Shown in pieces: positions 44,879 to 54,825 of a stretch of DNA of 64,000 bases (its first letter is position 1; the number at the start of each line of letters is the position of its first letter). The position numbers and the translations under genes are program-made. Below the pieces are notes generated by a model. That model was not told the origin of the DNA and did not search any database. It worked only from the letters and a program-made list of their open reading frames with translations. The stretch is from a virus (taxonomy: Duplodnaviria > Caudoviricetes), in the IMG/VR virus record IMGVR_UViG_3300033121_000983, positions 32,001 to 96,000 of that record, one strand, 5' to 3'.

Positions 44879-46023
44879 AAATCCGGATCGTACGCGGCCG
44901 CCTCCAGCTTATGCGTCAAGGACACCATGTCGCGCAGCGCCTGGTTCACCAATCGAGCCGTCGCGAGCACCTGCAGTGGTCCAGTGATATACAGAGCTTC
45001 GTACACGCGGCGCACCAGGTCAGTTTTATCCCCATCCGGACTGTAGGCAAGCAGTGTCTTAGGAAACACTGTCGGCTCGTTATCACCGATCTGCAGCTGA
45101 CGCAGCATCAACGAACACAGGTAACGCTCGTGGTAGTTCAGCCGATCTGCTGGCATGTAGCGCTGTTCGACAACGTCGCGATGCACCTGAGCGACGATCG
45201 CGTCGTGTTCGTCGGGGCTCAGCGTGCGCAGCGTCACGCGCACGCCGCGGTTGCCGTAATACGTGAACTCGCGGAAAAACTGCTCATCACTGCCCAGCGT
45301 CTGCAGCCACTGCAGTTTATCCGATTCCGTCAGCTTGACGACATCTTCCTGCCCTGCTGGAAACCCACAGCGCGCACACTTCACATGTTTCGGTTCCAGC
45401 CCGGTGGCGGCGGGAGCGTCGGGCGGCGCAGCCTCTGCTTGCGCGGGCCCCGGTGTAGCTGCCGGCACATCATTAACGACATCCACACGCTGCGTGTTAC
45501 GTAGCGTTTTAGCCAGCGCCGGGTTGAGCTGGCCTAAGTCTGGCGCTGCTTTCGCTTCTTCGTGCATGCGCTGGGCAGCCGCGAACGCTGCAGCCACGCG
45601 AGATGGTTGCACCGCGGACTGCTGTACCGCTGCGGGCTGTTGCGCCTGCGGCTGCTGCCATGCGGTTAGTGCGGACGCAACGGCTTTGTCGATTTCAGCT
45701 TGGCGCGCTGGCGGCAGCGTTGCGATAGGGACTGGCGTGAAATCAATTGGAACAGCGGGGGCCGGTGGTACCGGGTCTTGAGCATTGTACGCATCCTGCA
45801 ACTGTGTGACCGCGGGCGGAAGCTCTTCAGCCAGTAGTTGAGGGAGGTTCGTAGGGATAGCGTTTCCAGGCTTCCAGCCCATCGCCATCAGACGTGCGCG
45901 ATCTTCGGGCGGCATGTGTCGCGGATCCGGCACATAGACGCCTTCAACCATTGGCATCCGAAAGCCCGCCGGTGTGGCGACCTGCGGCTGCGGTGCTACT
46001 TGTGGTAGCTTGAACTCGGCCAT
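44875..46023 (-). CDS. Tail assembly chaperone (G-like) with a long Pro/Gln/Ala-rich N-terminus
   Basis: Upstream of the tape measure; ends ...DPDF* at the slippery GAT TTT TAA; CARC motif. Confidence 0.75.
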   Translation of the reverse strand: MAEFKLPQVAPQPQVATPAGFRMPMVEGVYVPDPRHMPPEDRARLMAMGWKPGNAIPTNLPQLLAEELPPAVTQLQDAYNAQDPVPPAPAVPIDFTPVPIATLPPARQAEIDKAVASALTAWQQPQAQQPAAVQQSAVQPSRVAAAFAAAQRMHEEAKAAPDLGQLNPALAKTLRNTQRVDVVNDVPAATPGPAQAEAAPPDAPAATGLEPKHVKCARCGFPAGQEDVVKLTESDKLQWLQTLGSDEQFFREFTYYGNRGVRVTLRTLSPDEHDAIVAQVHRDVVEQRYMPADRLNYHERYLCSLMLRQLQIGDNEPTVFPKTLLAYSPDGDKTDLVRRVYEALYITGPLQVLATARLVNQALRDMVSLTHKLEAAAYDPDF

Positions 46024-46032
46024 TACTGTTTC

Positions 46033-48744
46033 CTAGTCGAAGGGGATGATCGGGTAGTTGTCTTGCGGCGCGCGACGTTCCGTCGTCGGCGGGTCGCGCG
46101 TCTCATAAAGCTCCTCCGCGCGGTCGACATCGCGACCAGTCTGCGGATCATGCAGTTGTAAATCTGTCGTACGATAACGTCCAGTCTCCGAGCCCGTCCA
46201 GGCTGTATAGCCCGGCCACGGCATCAGCGGCTGTGACTTGTATTCCACGGCTGTCTCTGACCAACCTTCGAGCGTATTACCGGCAGTGCGTGCGAGCTGC
46301 TGCCAGTGTGTTTCGTCGAGAATTAGATTCTGCGTGCCGTACTGGGCCTCGTCGCGGTAACTGAATGCCATGCCGGCGATAAGATCTGCGGCACCAATTG
46401 CTGTTTTCTCGCCTTCGGCATAGAGATCAGCCAGCGTATCCTCGTAGTACTGCTGGTTATCTTCGTTGGCAGTCGCGAATGCGTCGTTTGTTTCCTGCAG
46501 TGCAGCCTCGAGCGCGGTCAGCGCCGACGGGTCGTCGAAGGCGTTTACGCGGCCATCGTAGTTACCTGCGAACTCCGTCGTAATGTGTCCGCCTTTGATA
46601 CGCACATCGCCGTTGGCGGAGATGCCGCCGTCCAGCACGCTGAGGGCACCACCTGCGGTTAGCGTGCCGGCAAAAGCGGCGTCAGTTTCGGTCAGCGTGT
46701 GCGATGCGCGAGGATCCCCATTGGCCGGGAACACGAACGAGCTGCTGCTTTCCAAGCGGGAGTACATGTCACGCGCGATAATCACCACGTCGTCTGTACC
46801 AATTCCGGCATCCAGCACGATGTTACCTGGGTCAATGCCGCTGTCGCGGCCGCCGGTGCGCATGTAGACACCAGCGCTGTAGGTCTGCAGGCGCGCGTTG
46901 CTGGCCCTCAATACAATTCCGCTGCCCAGCAGGTCCTCGCCGACGGCATTTTCAGGGTAATCGTGGTCGAGCGTCGTTGCTTTATTCTCCAGCAGCAGTC
47001 GCCCGACGCCGCTGCAGCCCGACACGGCTTCCAGGTTGTTCTCGGCTTTCAAGCGCAGATCGCCGGTCGTGCTGGTTACATCGACGCTACGGTTAGCGCG
47101 AAGTACGACGTCGTCGCCAGCTAACACAACCGCCTGCCGTCCAACGCTGATGTGCATGTCGGCGGGAGCGCTTAGACGAATCGAGCCGTCAGTGCCCATC
47201 ACGATCGACTGCCCGGCCGGTCCGATGATCGATACGGAGCCATCAGCGTTGATGAGCCAGCCGGATGTTGTTTCGTAATAATTTTCTGACGGCTGGCGGT
47301 GGTCAACGCGCACCGGAACGGCAGTCGGTGCGGGCAATGCCTGTTCGCTGCTCAATTGTGTGAAGTCTGGTGCGGTCGTTGCAGCCTGCGGCAGTGCGGA
47401 CGGTTCAGCCAGTGTGTAATCCGCTACGTGTTGCACAAAAGGTGCGACGCTTTTCCAGTTAACCGCGTGGGCGATCGTGTCAAGCGGCGCAGCTGGCGGT
47501 GTACCGAGCGTATATGCAGCCTCGCCCTCAGTGGTAAGTCCGGCCGTCGCATAGTTGTCTGCGGTATCGCCCTGCGGATCTTCCGGCATGCGCGCAAGGC
47601 GAATACTCGGCAGCGACGAACGCTTGAGCACTGCCAGCGATTTCGCGCTGATCAGTGAGTAGCTGCCGTCGAGACCGACACTCTCACGGAAAACAACCAG
47701 TTCAGGTCGTGTACTATCAGCGGCGTTACGCTCGTCAGACTCCGGCGGGACGACGACTTCCCGCATGCCGCCTTGCCCGAGATACCCGGCATATTCCCGC
47801 ACGCGCCAGAACGGCGCCAATGTGGTGGTCAGCGGTTCGCGGTCAGCATCAGCGCCGCTTGTCTGCACAGTCGCGGCGTCGTTACGCTGGCTGAACCCGG
47901 TGACGGCGTGCTTGAGCCTCCCTAGCGCTTCCCAGGCGTACGGTGCGATCCCGCGCATGCTGGCGATTTCGTTACCGTCATTCCGCCAGAACTCCTGAGA
48001 CCCTGCCGTCCAGATGTCGAGGTTGTCGCCGGCCAGGCGCGCGAGTCGATGCAGGTAATGAAACCAGACACCGCAGCGTTCATCCGCGCGCAGTCCGCAC
48101 ATCAGTAGATCGACGATCAACCCGCCACCCAGCGGCGATAGCAGCGCACGAACAGCGGCGGTCTGGTCGAGCGGTCGATTTGCGGCGTAATCGCGGGCAC
48201 CGGCGTCGCGCAAGCAGTTTTCTACGACAGCGCGGTAGGTCTGTTCTTTCGACGCTCCGATGCTGGTGCCCTGCGTGATGTAATCGCCGATTAGGGCAGC
48301 GGCGTCTGTGGTTTGCGGTGGCAATACGCCCAGGATGTAGCCGACAGGGTTTTCACCAGTAATTGCCAGAATCACCTGACTGTTGGCTGCTGGCAGTGCA
48401 ACGTCAATCGTCGACAACGCTGATGACGCAGTCGTCATCGCTGGCACACACCAGCGCTCTGATTGTCCGCCGCCGATAAGCACCCGACAGACGTTGAGCG
48501 TCGGGTACGAGAACATCACCGTGCCGAGCTGTAGCTGCGTCGCGCTGGCAACACCGCCGACAGCGTAACGATGCAGGCGTTCGGCAGCCTGCGGATCGTT
48601 CGTACCGTCGAATAACGTGCGTAGTTCGTTAGGCAGCGAGTTAAACGCACGTTCCAGCTGTTTGACGTAAAACAGCATATCGTTGATCGGCGCCGGCGCT
48701 GCCTTGATATCCGCGTCGAGATATTCCTCGCCGTACACAGCCAT
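46033..48744 (-). CDS. gp5/VgrG-like baseplate central spike protein
   Basis: N-terminal OB-fold-like segment (LPAANSQVIL) and beta-helix repeats (INADGSVSIIG, GTDGSIRLSA, GDLRLKAENNL). Confidence 0.75.
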   Translation of the reverse strand: MAVYGEEYLDADIKAAPAPINDMLFYVKQLERAFNSLPNELRTLFDGTNDPQAAERLHRYAVGGVASATQLQLGTVMFSYPTLNVCRVLIGGGQSERWCVPAMTTASSALSTIDVALPAANSQVILAITGENPVGYILGVLPPQTTDAAALIGDYITQGTSIGASKEQTYRAVVENCLRDAGARDYAANRPLDQTAAVRALLSPLGGGLIVDLLMCGLRADERCGVWFHYLHRLARLAGDNLDIWTAGSQEFWRNDGNEIASMRGIAPYAWEALGRLKHAVTGFSQRNDAATVQTSGADADREPLTTTLAPFWRVREYAGYLGQGGMREVVVPPESDERNAADSTRPELVVFRESVGLDGSYSLISAKSLAVLKRSSLPSIRLARMPEDPQGDTADNYATAGLTTEGEAAYTLGTPPAAPLDTIAHAVNWKSVAPFVQHVADYTLAEPSALPQAATTAPDFTQLSSEQALPAPTAVPVRVDHRQPSENYYETTSGWLINADGSVSIIGPAGQSIVMGTDGSIRLSAPADMHISVGRQAVVLAGDDVVLRANRSVDVTSTTGDLRLKAENNLEAVSGCSGVGRLLLENKATTLDHDYPENAVGEDLLGSGIVLRASNARLQTYSAGVYMRTGGRDSGIDPGNIVLDAGIGTDDVVIIARDMYSRLESSSSFVFPANGDPRASHTLTETDAAFAGTLTAGGALSVLDGGISANGDVRIKGGHITTEFAGNYDGRVNAFDDPSALTALEAALQETNDAFATANEDNQQYYEDTLADLYAEGEKTAIGAADLIAGMAFSYRDEAQYGTQNLILDETHWQQLARTAGNTLEGWSETAVEYKSQPLMPWPGYTAWTGSETGRYRTTDLQLHDPQTGRDVDRAEELYETRDPPTTERRAPQDNYPIIPFD
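48657..48676. promoter_or_regulatory. ACGT-centred palindrome, site 5, inside a CDS (GCTGTTTGACGTAAAACAGC)
   Basis: 7-bp inverted arms around the shared core. Confidence 0.4.
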
Positions 48745-48756
48745 GGCGTGTTCCGC

Positions 48757-48794
48757 AAAAGCTAACAGCGGCGAGGTCAGGTCCTCGCCGCTGT
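48757..48794 (-). terminator. Intrinsic terminator after the tail tube gene
   Basis: 12-bp perfect stem ACAGCGGCGAGG/CCTCGCCGCTGT followed by TAGCTTTT on -. Confidence 0.65.
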
Positions 48795-48825
48795 CACTAT
48801 ACCAACTGTACTGCGCGAATCACAC

Positions 48826-49338
48826 CTACGGCGTTGTGAAGTTCATTGAGCCGAATGCCAGCGTGAGCTGTTCGCCGACAAGCATCCGTTGCGATTCAAC
48901 GGAGACTTGCAGCGCGGTAATGACGTTAAACTTCGTGGTGTAAGCCAACGCCGCTGACGCTCGGTTGACTTCTGTCGCCGCACTATCGCCGCCGCGGTCG
49001 CAGAACTCAGTCCCGCTCGCGCTGAACTGTAGCGTGTTGTTGCGCGCCTTACAGACGTCTCCGTATTGAACGTAGAACTGATTCTGAATAGCCCGCACGC
49101 CAACGATACGGTTAGCGCTGGCCTGACCAGTCGGACGCCCCGTGACGTAGAACACCTTCGAGCTGTTGAGCTCGAAAATCATGCTGAATTGCTGCGAGTA
49201 GCCCAGCGTCAGCGATTGCATCAGCATACCGGCCTCAGCCAGGTTCTGGTTGCCGGCCGCGCCGAACGTAACTGACACCTGGTCGGCGGTCATCACGCCG
49301 CCCAGGTTGTCGTCCGCGCGCCCAAAAATGTCAGCCAT
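48826..49338 (-). CDS. Tail tube protein
   Basis: 170 aa directly after the sheath; QSLTLGYSQQ..IFELNS..FYVTG pattern; GGAG RBS. Confidence 0.8.
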   Translation of the reverse strand: MADIFGRADDNLGGVMTADQVSVTFGAAGNQNLAEAGMLMQSLTLGYSQQFSMIFELNSSKVFYVTGRPTGQASANRIVGVRAIQNQFYVQYGDVCKARNNTLQFSASGTEFCDRGGDSAATEVNRASAALAYTTKFNVITALQVSVESQRMLVGEQLTLAFGSMNFTTP

Positions 49339-49356
49339 GTTGGACTCCGTATGTTG

Positions 49357-49384
49357 CGCTTTGGTTTGACGTTAAATCAAAGCG
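49357..49384. promoter_or_regulatory. ACGT-centred palindrome, site 6 (CGCTTTGGTTTGACGTTAAATCAAAGCG)
   Basis: 28-bp near-perfect palindrome in the sheath-tube spacer. Confidence 0.65.
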
Positions 49385-49391
49385 GTTGGGT

Positions 49392-52196
49392 TTAGCCGAT
49401 TACCAGGTACAGTTCTGGGTTGTTCAGCGGGATCGGGTAAGTCGGCACCAGCACGATCACCAGGTGATCGAGCAGCACCGTGGATTGCGCGATCGACTCG
49501 ACCGTGCAGTCTGTAACCTGGCCGCCGAGCGTCGCGACGAAGTTTCGCGTGCGCAGCACCGCGATTCCGCTTTCCAGCTGCACGCGCAGTGAGTTGATGG
49601 CTTGCGGCGTGATGTTGGTCTTACCGACGAGTGGCCGTAACAGATCGAGGAAGTAGTACGACGTATCGTCCGGATTGCGGACAAGCACTTCTTCTCGGCT
49701 GTAGAGCTGGTCGTACGGAGCAGTGGTGATGGCGTGGCGACTGAAGATCGCGCCAGTCTGGCGATCCTGCGTCACCACGTTGATCCCTGACGCTGCCAGG
49801 ATATCCAGCTGCGTCGAGCGGAAGTGGCGCGTGGAGCGTGTCACGGATGAGAATCCGTTGATTGCGACGTTCGTCAGACCTTGCTGCGGTACGACGCCGG
49901 ATTGCAGGCCTGCGAACGCGCAGCACACGAAGTACCCCGGCAGCACGTAGTCGCCGTCTTCGATCGTATCCGGCCAGAACAGGCTGACGCGCAGGTTGGA
50001 GAACCCGTGCGTAGCCAGTTCCGTCGCTTCCGCGGTCGGTGTCAGATTGCGCCACACCTCGATTTTGGCCGCGACGTTAACCGCCGCATCCAGCCCGCTG
50101 CGTAGGCGCAATGTGTCTTCGTTGATCACGGCGTCGACCACACGCTCGGTATACGATTCGTTACCGAATCCATCCGTCGTGTAGAGGAGCCGCACGATGT
50201 CGCCAGCCTGCACGCCGTTGGTGACGAAATCGGCATTCGCAGCCGGAACGCGCACCAACGTGTACTGAGTCCCTGACGTATCCGGATCGTCCAGCACCGT
50301 CGCCAGCACAACCTCGCTGTCTTCGGACGTTGCGGCGGTCACCAACGCTTTTTCCGGCATCCCTTCGAGCGCGAAGAGCGCTTGGCGCCAGCGTCCGTTC
50401 GTTGCGGAGCTCTGCGCAACTACGTGCGCTTCATAGAGGTTCCAGATCGCGCGATCGCGAGTCAGCGGCACGAGCCCGTAGACATCGTCGCGGCCGTCAA
50501 GCAGTGAGAGCACTTCTTCCCAGCTTTCGCTGTCGGACGGATCGCACACGGCGCTCCAGCGTACAGGCAGGCCGTTGGAGTTGGCACGGGCTTTCAGCAC
50601 GCCGTACTTGAGCGGATTGTCGGGATGTGACGGCCCGGGGATATCGGCGTAGTCGTCATCCGTAGCGCACGTGTAGACGTCGCCGCAGTAATCCGAGCGC
50701 CAGGCGCGGTATTCGACGTAGACGCCGCCGTAGCTCTTCGACGATTCGCTGATCACCGACAACGCAACCGGCGTACCGCCGTCGGTCCACGACTCGTGGA
50801 ACGCGGTGATGCCGCTGTTCAGCGTAATCTCGGTTGCCGACTGATCCCAGTTGGTCAGCGGGGCCGAGCCGATGCGGTTAGCGGTCACCTGCAGTTCCGG
50901 CACCTTAATGTACAGCGAGAGCGACACTTCCGTCGCGCCGTTGTCGATGACTTCTTGCGGCAGGCTGTGACCAAGCTTCAGCGTGCTGATGCGACCTTCT
51001 GTCGCGGCGGTCACTGCGACCAGGAAGCGATCACCCTTACGCAGCCGCGTACCGCTCAGCGCAATTTGCGCGCCGTACGTACCAATGGCAACCGCGCTGG
51101 TTGACGTGACGTTCGTGGGACCACTCAGATCGATACCGGTCGTGGTTGACACGGTGATTTGCGGCGGTGCGTCCGTGTCGGCGTACAAGCCGCCGCGGGT
51201 CACTTCCACGATGTAAGTGGTGTCGGCGGTGCCGGTATAGGTCCCGGATGACGTTGGCGTGGTGGCGGTGAAGGCCTGGCCGCACTCAACGACGAACTGC
51301 TGACCGGCGATGAAGTCGATCGGCGACACGCCTTCGGCGATTGCCGCGTCGCTACACTCGGACCCGCTGGTGTTGTCCCAGGTGACCGTCAACCCGCGCG
51401 TACCGATTTCAGTCGGATCGCCGAACGCAGCCGGCGTGACGTCTTCCACGTCGTCGTTACCGCTGGCGCTCTGCACGCGCAGCACGGCGGTCGTGGCGTC
51501 GCCGTCAACGGAGCTTTCGACAACCGTGATGGTGTACGTTTCGTTGATATCGCCGTCCACCAGCCCGTCGTAACTGGTTTGATCAACATCAGTGATCACC
51601 ACGCAGTTTTCGGCACCGGCGGACTGTGTGTCGGTTGGCGAGGGCGCACTTTGCGTCGCAGCGTTGTCGCCGTCAGCTGCGGCTGCCGCGGTCACGGCTG
51701 CGACGACTTCTGCCATGAAGCCCGCCACGTACGTCCACAGTTCGTAGGCGTCGGAACCAACAACTGCGCGCACTTTGGCGATATCGCCGACCGCAACGTC
51801 ACGATCGAGGAATTCGTCCGAGCGCGGGTACGCGGCGCCGTTGGCGCGGAACGCCAGTGTGTCGGCGACCAGCCGGTTGGCGTAGTCTTCGACGGTGGAG
51901 ATTGTGTCGCCGCTCGACAGATCGTCGTCGAAGTAACTCAGCAGCGCGTCCTTGATGAAGACCTTGGTGTAGTCTTCGTCGATCAGACCGCCAGCCACAC
52001 GACTCGGCCAGTCGAAGCTGGCGTCAACCAGCGGGTCGTAATAATCCAGAAAGCCGTCGGCCCGCTCGTCGTCTTCGGCGAACCGAACGAGTTGCGCCAG
52101 GCCCCCGGAAATGTGGGCTGCCAGCACGCGCTGCGTTGGCGCGGCTACCGTATTGCGCTGCTGAAAAACCAACGCTTGCGGGACTTGGTATGCCAT
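49392..52196 (-). CDS. Tail sheath protein with extra inserted domains
   Basis: MAYQVPQALVFQ N-terminus; C-terminal sheath motifs QGLTN, LDILAASGI, RHAITT and PIPLNN. Confidence 0.88.
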   Translation of the reverse strand: MAYQVPQALVFQQRNTVAAPTQRVLAAHISGGLAQLVRFAEDDERADGFLDYYDPLVDASFDWPSRVAGGLIDEDYTKVFIKDALLSYFDDDLSSGDTISTVEDYANRLVADTLAFRANGAAYPRSDEFLDRDVAVGDIAKVRAVVGSDAYELWTYVAGFMAEVVAAVTAAAAADGDNAATQSAPSPTDTQSAGAENCVVITDVDQTSYDGLVDGDINETYTITVVESSVDGDATTAVLRVQSASGNDDVEDVTPAAFGDPTEIGTRGLTVTWDNTSGSECSDAAIAEGVSPIDFIAGQQFVVECGQAFTATTPTSSGTYTGTADTTYIVEVTRGGLYADTDAPPQITVSTTTGIDLSGPTNVTSTSAVAIGTYGAQIALSGTRLRKGDRFLVAVTAATEGRISTLKLGHSLPQEVIDNGATEVSLSLYIKVPELQVTANRIGSAPLTNWDQSATEITLNSGITAFHESWTDGGTPVALSVISESSKSYGGVYVEYRAWRSDYCGDVYTCATDDDYADIPGPSHPDNPLKYGVLKARANSNGLPVRWSAVCDPSDSESWEEVLSLLDGRDDVYGLVPLTRDRAIWNLYEAHVVAQSSATNGRWRQALFALEGMPEKALVTAATSEDSEVVLATVLDDPDTSGTQYTLVRVPAANADFVTNGVQAGDIVRLLYTTDGFGNESYTERVVDAVINEDTLRLRSGLDAAVNVAAKIEVWRNLTPTAEATELATHGFSNLRVSLFWPDTIEDGDYVLPGYFVCCAFAGLQSGVVPQQGLTNVAINGFSSVTRSTRHFRSTQLDILAASGINVVTQDRQTGAIFSRHAITTAPYDQLYSREEVLVRNPDDTSYYFLDLLRPLVGKTNITPQAINSLRVQLESGIAVLRTRNFVATLGGQVTDCTVESIAQSTVLLDHLVIVLVPTYPIPLNNPELYLVIG

Positions 52197-52208
52197 CGTG
52201 CATTCTTC

Positions 52209-52913
52209 CTATTGCGACTGCTGCAGCAGACTTGAAAGTAGTACCGCGCGCAGCGGTGGTGCCTGTTGTTCGACAACCCAGTGTTCGGTAAACGCGACCA
52301 GCATGTTAATCGGCACAACGAATGTTTGTCGCGCTTCCTCGACGACTCCCAGCGTGGCAACGTCCGTCAACATCAGTCGGCTAAGTTTTAGGTTCTCACG
52401 GATTACGGCCTGAAAACGCATCAGATGTCGCGAGGCTTCGTGGGCGAGTGTCTCGGCCATCAAGGAATTTGTACTGAGTGCGAAAATAGTGTGGGACCCC
52501 ACCCACATCACGGCGTAGCGCTGGTTACCTTCCGGCGTAAGTCCGGTCGACTGCAGCGCGTCGCCAATTGTAATCCGTTCGGTTTTGTAATCGCCGCGCT
52601 TAACAAGCAACGCCGGACGTTGTCCACCGGAAGTTGGTTGCCAGTTCGCAGCTGCGTCAATCAATATACCGCTGCCGTCACCACCGGACCAGACGAGCTT
52701 CTGAAGTTCAGTCTGCTGTTTCAGCACGTCAGCGGCAAATAACTGCCGCAGAATGTCGATAAAGAACCCCGTCAGTACGTTGGCGCGCCCAATGCCGTCA
52801 CACACCGCATCCAGTGTAAACGGGGTCATCGAAAGCATCGGCAGTTGCAGCACACCGTCGTCGGTCATTGCGTCAGCTTTTTGTGTTGCGGAACTTCGCG
52901 AAGTTCGCGGCAC
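52209..52913 (-). CDS. Tail terminator / completion protein
   Basis: Lies between neck and sheath genes; RPALLVKRG motif. Confidence 0.55.
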   Translation of the reverse strand: MPRTSRSSATQKADAMTDDGVLQLPMLSMTPFTLDAVCDGIGRANVLTGFFIDILRQLFAADVLKQQTELQKLVWSGGDGSGILIDAAANWQPTSGGQRPALLVKRGDYKTERITIGDALQSTGLTPEGNQRYAVMWVGSHTIFALSTNSLMAETLAHEASRHLMRFQAVIRENLKLSRLMLTDVATLGVVEEARQTFVVPINMLVAFTEHWVVEQQAPPLRAVLLSSLLQQSQ

Positions 52914-53016
52914 AGCTGCTCGCGCCGCTCGCGTAGATCAGCGGATTCGTACGTCATCAGGTTGTACCGCGGTAACAGCGGATTGGTCGGCGGTTTTGGC
53001 GGCGGTTTTGGTGTCG

Positions 53017-53880
53017 TCACGCGATCTGCTCCTCGATCGCCACACTGTAGATAATGTCTGAATATGGCGCCAGTCGTAGCTCGACATCGCAGAAAATCGG
53101 CACGCCGGCAATCAGCGCTTTATCGGTCACGCTGTGCACGATGTAGCGGTCGTCGGTGTTCGCCATGACGATCACATCATTCTGCTGCACGTAGGGATCT
53201 GCCAGCAGCATCCCCTGCGTGACCTGATCATCAACCGTACCGCGTGTGAGCTGTTCGTCGACCTTCAGTCGACGATTGCTGGGCTGTGGTACGAAATACT
53301 GACAGGAATCAGGCGCGAAATAGCCACCCACGAATCCTGTGCCGTAGCACGTCGTGCAGTGACTATCGTTCGACAGTTGCTGCTGGTAGTCCAGGCATTC
53401 GGTGCACGGCGTGCCATACAGGCGCCGCTTCAGCACGTAGATCGGCACGGCGACCACGTTAACGCGTGAGCGCACACGCTGCAGCCACTGCTGAATCGTC
53501 GTGCGGGCGTTCTGGTAGGCGTTGTAGCTGAGGAAGCCGGCGGCGTTCACCGGCGCGCTGTAGTAAACCGTGTCGTTGGCGTCAGTGAGCTTTACGCGGT
53601 AATGCGTCCACTGGGACTTGCCAAACACGCGTTTCTCGTCATCGAGCGCGTAGTAGGTGTCGACAACCGGCTCACCTACGTCAGCCCAGTCGTCAGCTGC
53701 GCTCACACCGGTGCGACCAGTCTGCAGCTGGAAACTGTACGGACCAGGGGCGGTAAACTGCGGCCGGAGCTCCCAGCTCACGCGGGTGCCAAATTCGATA
53801 GTCGGAAACGGCACAACACGCTGAAAGGGCGTGGCGCAGTTCGACGTTTCACAGGCGTTACCGCAGGTGCTGCCGGTCAT
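53017..53880 (-). CDS. Neck/head-closure protein with a Zn-binding CxxC...CxxCxGxG motif
   Basis: GTPCTEC and CTTCYGTGFVGGY motifs; synteny. Confidence 0.6.
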   Translation of the reverse strand: MTGSTCGNACETSNCATPFQRVVPFPTIEFGTRVSWELRPQFTAPGPYSFQLQTGRTGVSAADDWADVGEPVVDTYYALDDEKRVFGKSQWTHYRVKLTDANDTVYYSAPVNAAGFLSYNAYQNARTTIQQWLQRVRSRVNVVAVPIYVLKRRLYGTPCTECLDYQQQLSNDSHCTTCYGTGFVGGYFAPDSCQYFVPQPSNRRLKVDEQLTRGTVDDQVTQGMLLADPYVQQNDVIVMANTDDRYIVHSVTDKALIAGVPIFCDVELRLAPYSDIIYSVAIEEQIA

Positions 53881-53884
53881 CGTG

Positions 53885-54817
53885 TTACCAAGTCATATGC
53901 GAAACGCGGCCGGAATAGGCCGATGGCACCGTTCCGTAGGCGTTAGCGATGTTGATTTCAACTTTCTTGGCCTCGACGAACTGCAGCCATTCCGTGCGGT
54001 AGAGCTCTGCCAGCTGCATGTACTCGCGATCGCGGTTCAGGTCGTCGAACGACATCCCGCCGCCAGTTTGCTGCAGCTTATTACGCAGGTAGTGCTGGGC
54101 CGCGATGCGCATCAGTTCGCCAACCGTCGCGCGTAACCAGTGATACTTGAACGGGAACGTGCGGCACGTGTAGCGCGCCACGTTAGGCGGCACCTCGTTC
54201 CACTGCCGCACGGGGTAAATCAGGGCGTGGATGATTTCGTCAGCGGAGTACTCAACTGCGCCGGTGCGGAGATTCTCCACGACGTTGTCGCGTAGCGCGA
54301 TACGCACTTCGCCGATAGTCGGTGGACCTGCATCAGGATTCGTTCCCGATACCGACCAGGCAGAACGCTCGACCGACAGCAGCCCTTTGTCGACAAACAA
54401 CGGGCGCGTCGCCTCAGAGTCGCTGAACACGCCGATGTGCATTTGATAGATGCCGGCGTACAGCGCGACACAATCGGGCAACGTGAACTGAATCTGCCCA
54501 CAAGTCGCGTCGATAATATCGGCTGTCGCCTGGGGAACACTGCCGCAGCCGCCACAACCGTTGTCGCAATCCAGAATGCGCGCACGCACCTCGATCGTCG
54601 ATGCGTCGGCGGATTCGCTGACGGAGTCGGTCGATGCAAGCGCAACTGGTCGACCAGTGCGCGGATCGCGCAACTGCCAGTTAATGACACCGACGGCACC
54701 CTGTGCAACTTCGGCATACCGTAACTTGTCCAGGATATCGCAGCCCTGGAACGTTGGCGTCGTTGGAGTCGTTACGCCCAGGTCGTCGATGCTGATTGTG
54801 TCATCGCATTCGGCCAT
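53885..54817 (-). CDS. Head-tail adaptor / neck protein
   Basis: VRIALRD, WNEVPP and RNKLQQTGGGMSFDD helical adaptor pattern; N-terminal Ig-like part. Confidence 0.6.
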   Translation of the reverse strand: MAECDDTISIDDLGVTTPTTPTFQGCDILDKLRYAEVAQGAVGVINWQLRDPRTGRPVALASTDSVSESADASTIEVRARILDCDNGCGGCGSVPQATADIIDATCGQIQFTLPDCVALYAGIYQMHIGVFSDSEATRPLFVDKGLLSVERSAWSVSGTNPDAGPPTIGEVRIALRDNVVENLRTGAVEYSADEIIHALIYPVRQWNEVPPNVARYTCRTFPFKYHWLRATVGELMRIAAQHYLRNKLQQTGGGMSFDDLNRDREYMQLAELYRTEWLQFVEAKKVEINIANAYGTVPSAYSGRVSHMTW

Positions 54818-54825
54818 GGGAGATC

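Noticed and set aside
26870-52196. Extracellular contractile injection system or T6SS
   Set aside because: Capsid, protease, neck and terminase genes in the same window indicate a phage.
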